From positions 7,424,001 through 7,488,000 of the forward strand of contig CAVTTN010000002.1 of NCBI GenBank assembly GCA_963737655.1: 64,000 bases of DNA. Direction: 5' to 3'. This DNA is from an uncultured Planctomycetota bacterium. GTDB taxonomy: Bacteria > Planctomycetota > Planctomycetia > Isosphaerales > Isosphaeraceae. Shown here piece by piece: positions 53,172 to 62,764 of this stretch. A program made the translations under genes and the position numbers. The notes beneath the pieces were generated by a model, which saw only the letters and a program-made list of their open reading frames with translations, was not told where the DNA came from and did no database searches. Positions within the stretch are counted from its first letter, which is position 1. Each line of letters starts with the position of its first letter.

Positions 53172-54332
53172 ATGAAGTGTGCCTCGGCCCTGTCGATCGC
53201 GAGGAATTCGGCCTCGGCGTTCTCCGACGTCGTGGGCCGGACCGCGGAGGCGATGGGCGGGGGCGCGCCCGATCTCGCGGTGGCGTTCGTCTCGGCCCAC
53301 CATGCCGACAAGCTCGGCGACCTGGCCGAGATGTGCCGGGGCGAGGCCCTCGGGGCCCGGCACTTCCTGGCCTGCACGGGCGAGACGATCGTCGGCGACG
53401 GGCGCGAGGTCGAGGGGGCCACGGCCGTCTCCCTCTGGGCGGCGAGGCTGCCGGAGGGGTCCGAGGTCCGGCCGATCCGCCTGGAATGGTCGGAGGACGG
53501 CATCGCCGGGCTGCCCGAGGGCCTTTCCGGAGGCCCGGAATCGCGGGTCGTCCTGCTCCTGGTCGATCCGTTCAGCTTCCCGCCGGACCGCCTGTTCCTG
53601 ACTTTGGAATCGGCGGCGCCCGGCCTCCGGGTCGTCGGCGGGATGGCCAGCGCGGCCCAGGCCCCGGGCGGCAATCGCCTGGCCCTTGGGTCCCTGGTGT
53701 TCGATGACGGGGCCGTCGGCCTCGTCCTGGACGTGGCCTCGGCCCGGGTCCGCACGGTCGTCAGCCAGGGGTGCCGCCCGGTGGGCCGCCCTCTGCTCGT
53801 CACGGCCGCCGACGGCAACCTGATCCAGGCCCTCGGCCGGAGGCCCGCGACCGAGGTCCTCCGCGAGACGTACCACTCCGCCGACGAGGCCGACCAGGCC
53901 CTCATGCGGGGCGGCCTCCATGTGGGCCGCGTCATCAATGAATATCAGGACTCGTTCGGGCGCGGCGACTTCCTCGTGAGGAACGTGATGGGGGCGAGCG
54001 ACGAGGCGGGGATCGCCATCACCGAGCTCGTCCGGGTGGGCCAGACCGTCCAGTTCCACGTCCGGGACGCCGAGACGGCCGACGAGGACCTCCGCGCCCT
54101 CCTGGCGAAGGAGGGCGAGCGGCCCGGGGTGGCCGGCGCCCTGCTCTTCAGCTGCAACGGCCGGGGGACCCGCCTCTTCCCCTCGCCCGACCACGACGTG
54201 ACCGCCATCCGGGACGCGCTCGGCCCGATCCCCGTCTCCGGGTTCTTCGCGATGGGCGAGCTCGGGCCCGTCGGCGGCAAGAACTTCGTCCACGGATTCA
54301 CCGCGAGCGTCGCCCTGTTCGAGTCGTCCTGA
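53172..54332 (+). CDS. FIST N/C domain signal transduction protein
   Basis: VVGGMAS, VSQGCRPVG, GDFLVRNVMG, GQTVQFHVRDA, LFSCNGRG, GFFAMGELGPV. Confidence 0.92.
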   Translation: MKCASALSIARNSASAFSDVVGRTAEAMGGGAPDLAVAFVSAHHADKLGDLAEMCRGEALGARHFLACTGETIVGDGREVEGATAVSLWAARLPEGSEVRPIRLEWSEDGIAGLPEGLSGGPESRVVLLLVDPFSFPPDRLFLTLESAAPGLRVVGGMASAAQAPGGNRLALGSLVFDDGAVGLVLDVASARVRTVVSQGCRPVGRPLLVTAADGNLIQALGRRPATEVLRETYHSADEADQALMRGGLHVGRVINEYQDSFGRGDFLVRNVMGASDEAGIAITELVRVGQTVQFHVRDAETADEDLRALLAKEGERPGVAGALLFSCNGRGTRLFPSPDHDVTAIRDALGPIPVSGFFAMGELGPVGGKNFVHGFTASVALFESS

Positions 54333-54413
54333 CCGGGCGGCCCGCGATCGCGACGCCGGGGAATCTTCATCCATGATCGCGTCCCTCGTTTTTCATGAGG
54401 GAGATCCAATCTC

Positions 54414-56025
54414 ATGACGACTCGTTCGAGGATTCGCGGAAGGCTCCGGGCGGCGTCCCTGCTCGTCGGGGCGGTGGCCCTGGCGGGGGCCGGGCTCTGG
54501 GTGGGCCGGGACCTGCTGCCCGACGCCTCGGCGAAGGCGATGCCCGACGTCTCGGCGGGATATCTCCACTCGGCGGCCGACGAGGCCCGGGTCTCGGCGT
54601 TCTGCGGCGATTGCCACCAGGCCCCTCGGCCCGACACGTTCCCCAAGGCCGCGTGGCCCGAGCAGGTCGCCCAGGGATATACGTTCTTCCAGAAGTCCGG
54701 CCGGGACCTCGTCCCTCCGCCGAAAGAGGCCGTCGTCCGGTTCTACCAGGAGCGTGCGCCCGAGGCCCTGCCCGTGGTCCCCCGGGAGGAGGACCGCAGG
54801 CCGTGGAAGGTCGCGTTTCGCCGGGGAGAGCTGGGCGATCCGGCCGCCGGGGCCGACCCGGCGATCGCCAACGTCCACCTGCTCCGGCTCGATGGCGGCG
54901 AGGCGTGGTCGGTGGTCGCCTGCGAGATGAATTCCGGGACGATCCTCGCGGCCGATCCCGAGTCGGCGTTCCCCTCGAAGGACGGCAAGCCCGCCGCGCC
55001 GCCCCGGGTCCTCAGCCGGGCCGTGAAGCATCCCGGGCACGTCGAGATGACCGACCTCGACGGCGACCACCGGCTCGACCTGCTCGTCGCCGAGCTCGGC
55101 ACGCCCATGCCCAGCGACGACCGGAAGGGGGCCGTGGTGTGGCTCAAGCAAGGGGCCGACGGCGCCTATTCGGCGATCACGCTCGCCTCGGGTCTGGGCC
55201 GCGTCGCCGACATCCAGGCCGCCGATTTCGACGGGGACGGGGACCAGGACCTGGTCGTCGCCGAGTTTGGCTGGCGAGACCTCGGCGCCGTCCTCTACTT
55301 CGAGAACCGGACCGGCAAGGACGGCGTCCCGAAGTTCGAGAAGACGATCGTCGATCCCCGCCACGGGGCGATCCACGTGCCGATCGCCGACCTCGACGGC
55401 GACGGCAAGCCGGATTTCGTCGCGGCGATCAGCCAGGAGCACGAGACCATCGTGGCGTTCCTGAATCGAGGCCCCGGCCGGTTCGAGGCGAAGGCCCTGT
55501 GGTCGGCGCCCCACCCGGCGTTCGGCCTGAGCGGGATGCAGCTGGTGGACCTCGACGGCGACAAGGACCTGGACGTGTTGCTGACCAGCGGAGACGCCTT
55601 CGATACCGTGATGCTCCGGCCGGACAACGGCGTGACCTGGCTGGAAAACCGCGGCGACCTCCGGTTCGAGCCCATCGGCTCGCCGCGCTCTACGGGCGCA
55701 CCGGGCCCAGGCGGCCGACCTGGACGGCGACGGCGACCTCGACATCGTCGCGGCCAGCTTCCTGCCGGAGGTCCTCTCGACGGCCACCGGCGTCCCCGAA
55801 GACCTCGACTCGCTGATCCTCCTGGAGCAAATCAAGCCCGGCGAGTTCCGCCGGCACCCCCTGGAACGAGGGGAATGCCACCACGCGACGCTCGACCTCG
55901 CCGACTTCAACCGCGACGGCAAGCCCGACATCGTCGCCGGAGTCTTCGTCAACTTCGACCTCCACCGAGGCGCCCCGAAACCGCCCAAGGACAAGGTCCA
56001 AGCCTGGGCCACCGTCTACAAGTAG
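54414..56025 (+). CDS. Monoheme cytochrome c-like domain fused to FG-GAP/VCBS repeat propeller (frameshifts ~55680-55700)
   Basis: N-terminal TM, CGDCH, repeated D-[LF]-[DN]-x-D-G-x-x-D motifs; the shifted frame continues ...DFNRDGKPDIV...QAWATVYK* with TAG at 56023-56025. Confidence 0.82.
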
Positions 56026-56120
56026 GGTGCATGAAATGCACCGTTATGTAGGGTGCATGAAATGCACCGTTATGTAGGGTGCATGAAATGCACCGTTATG
56101 TAGGGTGCATGAAATGCACC
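56022..56120 (+). repeat. Tandem array of a GTAG-type REP (26-bp unit, 3 full copies + 21 bp)
   Basis: GTAGGGTGCATGAAATGCACCGTTAT starts at 56022, 56048, 56074 and 56100. Confidence 0.95.
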
Positions 56121-56163
56121 AACCGGCGGCGGGCCAAGGCCCGCCCTCCGCATTCTCACCGAG

Positions 56164-57146
56164 CTAAGCCGCATCCTCGCCCGGCAGGCTCGGCTCGGCG
56201 CGGGCCGGACGGTCCCCGGCGGTCAAATAGATCCCGACCCCGACCAGCGACCCGCCAAGCACCAGCGGCAGAGTCAAAGGCTCGCCCTGGAACGCACGGC
56301 CGAATGCCACGCCGAACATCGGAGTCACGAACGCGACGGTCGCCAGTTGGCCGGCGGGGTACTTGCCCAGCAGGAGCAGCCAGACCGTGAAGCAGATCCC
56401 CGAGACCGCCACGCCCTGGAAGATCACCCCGCCGACCGACCCGGGCGTCGCTCGATAGGTGCCGAACCCCTCGAAAAGCCCGCTGTACGCGAAGAAGATC
56501 GGGATCGCCACCACCGATTGATTGAACAAAAGGGTGGCCGGCGGGATCAACGGGAACGTCTTCTTCTGGGCGATGGTCTGGATCGCGAAGATGAGCCCCG
56601 AGGTCAGGACGACGACGTCCCCGCCCAAAAATCCGCTCCCGGCCCGGAACGACGAGGAGAGCACCAGGGCCACCCCCGCCGCCGCGCACCCGAGGCCGAG
56701 GATCGATCGCGGCCCCAGCCTCTCGCCCAGGAGGAGCCACGCCAGGGCGCGACGATCAGCGGGTGAACATTGATGAAGATCGACGAGCGTCCCGCGGCGC
56801 TATGGCTGGTCCCCCAGTTGAACGTGCCGATCTGGAGGGCGGTCAGCAGGCCGTGGATCGCCAGGAGGCCCCAGAGCTCGCGGCGGACGAGGATCGGCTG
56901 GCCCACCAGGCGGCAGACCATCGCCAGGATGGGCAGGCTGATCAGGAATCGGAACCCCGCGCAGCCGAACGGCGGCAGCGCCGGGACGGCGAACTTCACG
57001 GCCACCGCGTTGCCTCCCCAGAGGGAGCAGCACAGGATCATCACCATCACGCCGAAGGCGTCGAGCGATCGCGCCGGCGCCCTCGCCGCGAGTCGATCGG
57101 CGCGGCCGGGTCGTCCGTGGTCGTCCGTGAGCGTCGCCTCGGCCAT
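56164..57146 (-). CDS. DMT/EamA family transporter (frameshift ~56745)
   Basis: LWGGNAVAVK, GFRF, two EamA halves across ORFs 56604..57275 and 56164..56673. Confidence 0.87.
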
Positions 57147-57343
57147 CGTCGATCCCGATCCGGCTCGCGCCGAGCTCGGTCCGGCGGGAATCGTCGGCGA
57201 GTCGGGCGAAGGATCATACCACGGCGCCCGGGGCCGAAGGCAGGCGGGCCCGGCCCGCGATCCCGAGCGAAGCACGGGCCGATCGGGTACGATGGTCCGG
57301 CCTCTCGCCCGCGTCGCGATCGGAAACTGGGGAATTTGCCATC

Positions 57344-59197
57344 ATGTTGATGCCTCGGCGAAGTGGATTTCTCGGCGTCGTCGCCCTCGGCCTGCTCGCC
57401 CTCGGGGCGAAGGCCGCCCCGCCCGACGACCCTCGGTTCGACGTGACCGAGGCGATGGTCCCGGCCCGGGACGGAGTCCGCCTCCACACCCGGATCTTCC
57501 GCCCGAAGGACCAGGCGGGCGACCTGCCCATCATCTTCCTGAGGACGCCCTACGGGATCGGCAACGCCGAGCGCCACCTCGCCTCGTACATGGCGGCCCT
57601 GGTGCAGGAGGGCTACATCTTCGCGTTCCAGGACATCCGCGGCAAATTCGGCTCCCAGGGCGCGTTCGTGATGATGAGGCCCGCCCGAGACCCGGGCGAC
57701 CCGAAGGCCCTGGACGAGGGCACCGACACGTACGACACCATCGAATGGATGCTCAAGAACGTGCCGAACAATAACGGGAAAGTCGGCATGATGGGCATTT
57801 CCTATGATGGATGGACGACCCTGATGGGCAGCCTCGAACCCCACCCGGCGCTCAAGGCCATCTCGCCCCAGGCCAGCCCGGCCGACATGTGGCTGGGCGA
57901 CGACTTCCACCACAACGGCGCCTTCCGATTGAGCTACGGATTCGAATACGCCGCCATGATGGAGGCCGGCAAGGAGACCAAGCACTTCGCGTTCGACCGC
58001 TACGACACGTTCGACTGGTATCTGGAGCTCGGCCCCCTGGCCAACATCAACGCCAAGCACCTCCGGGCCAAGATCCCGACGTGGAACGACTACGTCGCCC
58101 ACCCCGACTACGATGCATTCTGGAAGAATCAGACGCCGATCTCGCACATCCGTGACGTGAAGGTGCCCACCCTGAACGTGGCCGGCTGGTGGGACCAGGA
58201 AGACTTCTTCGGCCCGATCCGCATCTATGACGAGCTGGAAAAACACGACAAGAACGGCATCAATTTCCTGGTGGTCGGCCCGTGGAACCACGGGGGATGG
58301 TCGCGAGGCGCCGGCGACAAGCTCGGGCCGATCGCGTTCGATCAGGCCACCGGGAAGTATTTCCGCGACGACGTCCAGGCGCGCTGGTTCGCCCACTTCC
58401 TGAAGGACAAGGGCCCGCTCGACCTGCCCGAGGCGCTCACGTTCGAGGCCGGCTCCAACCGCTGGAGGCGATGGGACGCCTGGCCCCCGACGAAGCGGAC
58501 CGCCGAGCGCCGCCTCTATTTCGGGCCGGACAAGCACCTCTCGTCCGACGCGCCGACGAGCACCGAGGACTCGGCGGATTCCTTCGTGTCGGACCCCGCG
58601 CACCCGGTCCCTTACCGCCATCGGCCGATCCAGGCGACGTATTTCGACGGCGGCTCGAAGTGGCCGACCTGGCTCGTCGAGGACCAGCGGTTCGTGGACG
58701 GCCGCGCGGACGTCTTGAGCTACGAGGGGCCGGTCCTCCAGGAAGACCTCACGATCGCCGGGGACGTGGTCGCCCACCTGTTCGCCTCGACCACCGGCAC
58801 CGACGCCGACTGGATCGTCAAGCTGATCGACGTGTATCCCGAGCGGAACACCGAAGACTGGGACCTGGCCGGCTACCAGCTCATGGTCTCGTCCGAGGTC
58901 TTCCGGGGCCGCTACCGCCACGGCTTCGACAAGCCCGAGCCCGTGGCCCCGGGCGAGGTCCAGGAGTATTCCTGGAGCCTCCACACGCAGGATTACACGT
59001 TCAAGAAAGGACATCGGATCAAGGTGCAGGTCCAGAGCACCTGGTTCCCGGTCATCGACCGCAACCCGCAAACGTTCGTGCCGAACATTTTTGAGGCCAA
59101 GCCCGAGGACTTCCGCGAGGCCACGCACAAGGTCTTTCGCTCGGCGAAACACGCCTCGAACGTGACGATCCCGGTCGTGGCGGGCCCGTCGTCCTGA
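57344..59197 (+). CDS. CocE/NonD family serine hydrolase (alpha-amino acid ester hydrolase-like), secreted
   Basis: RDGVRL, RTPY, QDIRG, nucleophile GISYDG, GWWDQED, GPWNHG, QSTWFP. Confidence 0.93.
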   Translation: MLMPRRSGFLGVVALGLLALGAKAAPPDDPRFDVTEAMVPARDGVRLHTRIFRPKDQAGDLPIIFLRTPYGIGNAERHLASYMAALVQEGYIFAFQDIRGKFGSQGAFVMMRPARDPGDPKALDEGTDTYDTIEWMLKNVPNNNGKVGMMGISYDGWTTLMGSLEPHPALKAISPQASPADMWLGDDFHHNGAFRLSYGFEYAAMMEAGKETKHFAFDRYDTFDWYLELGPLANINAKHLRAKIPTWNDYVAHPDYDAFWKNQTPISHIRDVKVPTLNVAGWWDQEDFFGPIRIYDELEKHDKNGINFLVVGPWNHGGWSRGAGDKLGPIAFDQATGKYFRDDVQARWFAHFLKDKGPLDLPEALTFEAGSNRWRRWDAWPPTKRTAERRLYFGPDKHLSSDAPTSTEDSADSFVSDPAHPVPYRHRPIQATYFDGGSKWPTWLVEDQRFVDGRADVLSYEGPVLQEDLTIAGDVVAHLFASTTGTDADWIVKLIDVYPERNTEDWDLAGYQLMVSSEVFRGRYRHGFDKPEPVAPGEVQEYSWSLHTQDYTFKKGHRIKVQVQSTWFPVIDRNPQTFVPNIFEAKPEDFREATHKVFRSAKHASNVTIPVVAGPSS

Positions 59198-59279
59198 TCC
59201 GGCATCGATCGACGGGCGGTGATTCTCCCCGGAGGGCCGAGGCCGGCCCTCCGGGGAGGATCGTTCTGAAGGGACTCCC

Positions 59280-61796
59280 TCACGGCCCGGGGTTGCTCTC
59301 CGCCGGGCTCGCGGCCTCGTTCGCGGCCTTGGTGCGTTCCTTGAGCTCCATTCGCAGCTTTTCCAGGCGGCTCAGCGGCTTGGAGGCGTCGGCCTTCGGG
59401 GCGTTCTCGGCGACGGCCGGCTTGGCGTTCGGGTTGGGCTTCCTCGGGGCGAGCGGGGCGTCGATTCGGAGGCGGCCCGAGCCGAGGTTGTGGACGATCG
59501 GCTCCCCGTCCTGGGTGACCACGACCTGGCAGAACAGGCTCTTGGTCTCGCCCACGGGCGAAGTCGGGTCGGTGGTCAGCTTGAAGACCAGATCGGTCGA
59601 GTCCTTGGTGATCGTCGCCGGGTCGGTGGTGACCTTGTTCGGCAGGCCGATCAGGGTGACCTTCGCCTCCCCGGGGAAATCGACCGCCTTGGTGATCTTC
59701 ACGCTCAGGACCGCGTCCTTGCCCTGCTCCACGCTCACGGCGTCGAGCTTCAGCGCGAGGAACGGCTGCGAGACGTTGAGCTTCGCGAACCCGGAGGACA
59801 CCGTGAGCCGTCCCGCGCCTCCGCCTCGGCGATTATTGCCCTGGGGCTGGCCGGGCGCGGGCGGAGGCGGGGGTTCGGTGTAGGTGCCGTTCACGACGAT
59901 CCGCCAGGTGGTCAACTCGGCCCCTCCGTTGGCGTTCAGGGGGATCACGGCCTCATCCTTGCCCTCGGGGATCGTGATCCCTCCCTTGGAGGCGATCCCC
60001 GGCGGGTTCCAGGGCAGGGCGACGGCGATCGGCGCGGTGAAGCCGGGCTTCCTCTTCGCGATCACCTTGAGGTCCATCGTGCCTCCCCGGACGATCGGCA
60101 CCCTGGGCTCGACGATGTCGAGGGTGAACGGCGCCTCCTCGGTCACGGCCACGGCGAGGGAATCGACCGTCCGGGTCCAGAACGGGACGTTGTTCGCCCC
60201 CAGGACCAGCTCGGCCGTGCTGAGGAACTCGGCGGGGATCTCGTCCTTGGAATCGACCGGCTTGCCCGAGACGCTCGCGAGGGTCGCGCCGAGGGGGGCG
60301 TCGGCCTCGGCGGTGAACAGCACCGGCAAGGTGGAATTGCCGGCGGTCATCGGGTCGATCTCGGCCTTCACGCCGGGCGGGAGGTCGGCCAGGTCGATGT
60401 TCAGGGCGCCGCCGAAGTCGGTCCGATTCGCATTGATCAGGATCGCCTGGCGGTTCCCCTTCGGGACGGCCACGGCCATCACGCCGGTCCCCCGTCGGAG
60501 CGATTCGTTCGGCGGGCTCAGGATCAGCCTGGGGCGGACGGGGCTGATCTCGACCCGGTACGCATAATCGGGTCCGCCGTTCTTCAAGTGATCGGCCACG
60601 GAGATGAAGTATTCTCCATCCTTGGGTGCGGTGAATCGTGCATAGCTGTCGGGGCCGTCGGTGTCGTCGTTCCGCGCGATCCGGCCGCCCCCCTTCGCCG
60701 AGATGGTCAGGACCGAGTCGAGCGGCGAGCGGATCTGGCGGGCGAACATGCGGATGTCGAACGTCTGCCCCTTGGTGGCCTTGAACACGTACTGATCGAC
60801 GTCCCCGGGGGCGCCGATCACGCCGTTCAGGGCCCTCGGGGCCTCGAACGGGGTGGCCTGGGCCGGCGAGTCGTTGGGCTCGGCCTCCATCGCGTTGCCG
60901 AACGGGCTCAGGCGGAAGGCGTTGGGATAGGGGGCGGTCCCCCGGTCGTCCTGGGCCACCAGGCCGAAGAGGCGGTCGGGCGAGGAGGGCAGGGTGACGG
61001 TCGTGGTCCGGTCGCCGAGCACGTCGCCGATCCACCGGATCGTCAGGGTCTCGCCGAATTTCCCGCCGGCCGGGACGATCGCCGTGGGCCGGGGGAAATG
61101 GCCGACGTGGAGCCGATACAGGCAATTGGCGTTGCCGGCGAAGGCACTCTCGCGGGCCGCGACGATGTACGTGCCATCTTCCGGGGCGACGAGCGAGACG
61201 AAGCCGTCCTGCCAGATCAGCGCCGAGTCGTCGGAGGAGGCCAGCTCGAACCTCCGGGAATCGAGGATCGCGACGTAGGGGTCGAACAGGGTCAGGCCGA
61301 GGCGGATGCCCTCGATCTCGGCGGTGATCCGCTCGCCCTTCTTCGCCGAGATCGCGTAATAGTCGATGTCCTCGTTGGCCGCCACGCCGTTGACGGTCAC
61401 GTTCATGTCGATCGGCTGGGGCTTGGCGAAGTCGTTGTTGGGCTCGACTTCCTCGACGTCCTTCAGGGCCCCGACGCTGAAGGTCCTCAGAGACGTGATC
61501 CCGGAGGCGGTCCTCAGGCGGAAGTCGTGGAGGCCGAGCGGGGCGTCGGCGGCGACGTGGAAGGTGGCGGTCACCGCGTTGTCCTTGCCCGCCTGGACGT
61601 CCGAAACCGTGATCCCCTTCTCGTAGAAGAGGAACTCCTTCGCGTCGCCGAGCCTCTGGCCGGTCACGGTGACCTTCACGTCGGTACCCCTCTGGCCCCC
61701 CAGCGGCTTCATGCCCCGGATGGCCGGGCTGACGGCCGAGGCGGGGCCGGCGAGGATCGTCAGCGCGATCAGGCAGGCGGCGAGCGTCGATTTCAT
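59280..61796 (-). CDS. Secreted PPC-domain (pre-peptidase C-terminal) repeat protein
   Basis: Signal peptide, GGQRGT, E-x-EPN[ND] motifs twice, D-x-D-x-Y, NDD...DS, SRLEKLR tail. Confidence 0.85.
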   Translation of the reverse strand: MKSTLAACLIALTILAGPASAVSPAIRGMKPLGGQRGTDVKVTVTGQRLGDAKEFLFYEKGITVSDVQAGKDNAVTATFHVAADAPLGLHDFRLRTASGITSLRTFSVGALKDVEEVEPNNDFAKPQPIDMNVTVNGVAANEDIDYYAISAKKGERITAEIEGIRLGLTLFDPYVAILDSRRFELASSDDSALIWQDGFVSLVAPEDGTYIVAARESAFAGNANCLYRLHVGHFPRPTAIVPAGGKFGETLTIRWIGDVLGDRTTTVTLPSSPDRLFGLVAQDDRGTAPYPNAFRLSPFGNAMEAEPNDSPAQATPFEAPRALNGVIGAPGDVDQYVFKATKGQTFDIRMFARQIRSPLDSVLTISAKGGGRIARNDDTDGPDSYARFTAPKDGEYFISVADHLKNGGPDYAYRVEISPVRPRLILSPPNESLRRGTGVMAVAVPKGNRQAILINANRTDFGGALNIDLADLPPGVKAEIDPMTAGNSTLPVLFTAEADAPLGATLASVSGKPVDSKDEIPAEFLSTAELVLGANNVPFWTRTVDSLAVAVTEEAPFTLDIVEPRVPIVRGGTMDLKVIAKRKPGFTAPIAVALPWNPPGIASKGGITIPEGKDEAVIPLNANGGAELTTWRIVVNGTYTEPPPPPAPGQPQGNNRRGGGAGRLTVSSGFAKLNVSQPFLALKLDAVSVEQGKDAVLSVKITKAVDFPGEAKVTLIGLPNKVTTDPATITKDSTDLVFKLTTDPTSPVGETKSLFCQVVVTQDGEPIVHNLGSGRLRIDAPLAPRKPNPNAKPAVAENAPKADASKPLSRLEKLRMELKERTKAANEAASPAESNPGP

Positions 61797-62098
61797 GATG
61801 AAGCCCGTGGGTCGAGAGGGCGAGGAGGCGGGAAGGTCCGAGGCAGGCCATCCGGGAAGAGTGTACCCGAGATCCGGCGCGAGGCCAGTCGGATCGGGGC
61901 CGCTTCTCCCTTCACGCCCCATTGGAATCCCCTCGGGCCGCCGAGTCCAGGGGGCAGCGAGGAAGGAGGTTCGAAATTGAGATATGGGCGGGCCCGTCGC
62001 TCTCGCCCTGGACAGCCCCGGCGATTCCGGCTTCAATGGACGCCCGATCCGCCGGATGAACGTCAAAGCATATCAAACCATCCAAGGAGGAGACGCCG

Positions 62099-62494
62099 AT
62101 GGCCCGATCGATCGCCACCCACCTGATGTTCGAGGGCGCCGCCGAGGAGGCGATGGCGTTCTATGTGTCGCTCTTCCCCGGCTCGGAGATCGCGACCATG
62201 GAGCGTTACGGGCCGGACGGACCCGGGCCCGAAGGCACCATCAAGGTGGCCACCTTCCGCCTCCTGGGGCGCGACTTCCTGGCCATCGACAGCCCGATTT
62301 CCCACGCCTTCACCTTCACCCCGTCGATGTCCCTGTTCGTCGAATGCGAGGAGGAGGCGGAGCTCGACGGCCTCTTCGCGAAGCTCTCCGACGGGGGAGG
62401 CGTGCTGATGCCGCCCGGCGACTACGGGTTCAGCAAGAAGTTCGCGTGGCTGAAGGACCGCTTCGGCGTCTCCTGGCAACTCAATCTGGCCTGA
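62099..62494 (+). CDS. VOC family protein (PhnB / 3-demethylubiquinone-9 3-methyltransferase-like)
   Basis: LMFEGAAEEAMAFY, FTFTPSMSLFV, W-x-x-DRFGVSWQL; AAGGAGG SD. Confidence 0.9.
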   Translation: MARSIATHLMFEGAAEEAMAFYVSLFPGSEIATMERYGPDGPGPEGTIKVATFRLLGRDFLAIDSPISHAFTFTPSMSLFVECEEEAELDGLFAKLSDGGGVLMPPGDYGFSKKFAWLKDRFGVSWQLNLA

Positions 62495-62519
62495 ACGCCG
62501 GGACGAACGGGTCAGGATT

Positions 62520-62659
62520 GCTCGGTAGAAAACCCCGGTGATCGAAAGGGATCCAGTAGGTCCGACTTCAGTCGAGCCTACAAAAAAGGTCTTGTTTCAT
62601 AGGCCCGACTGAAGTCGGACCTACTCGTTGGCCCTGGGCGAACCGGGTTTTCGACAGTG
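62520..62659. mobile_element. MITE/REP element of the same family as 51027-51368
   Basis: GTAGGTCCGACTTCAGTCGAGCCTAC-AAAAAAGGTCTTGTTTC-ATAGGCCCGACTGAAGTCGGACCTAC; ends ...TAGAAAACCC / GGGTTTTCGACAG. Confidence 0.75.
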
Positions 62660-62764
62660 AGTGCAGGTCAGGAATCGAAACCCGTGGCGCTCGTCTTGGA
62701 TCGCGAGGGGCCTCGGGTGGACGGTAGAGGTCGGGCTGGACGCGACCGCGGGACTTCGCCGACT

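Noticed and set aside
56022..56120. Possible CRISPR array
   Set aside because: The palindromic repeats are separated by an identical 5-nt linker rather than unique ~30-nt spacers, no cas genes are present, and the unit matches the dispersed REP family.
8184..56800. Selenocysteine UGA read-through as the cause of broken ORFs
   Set aside because: Each break examined needs a change of frame, not read-through of an in-frame UGA.
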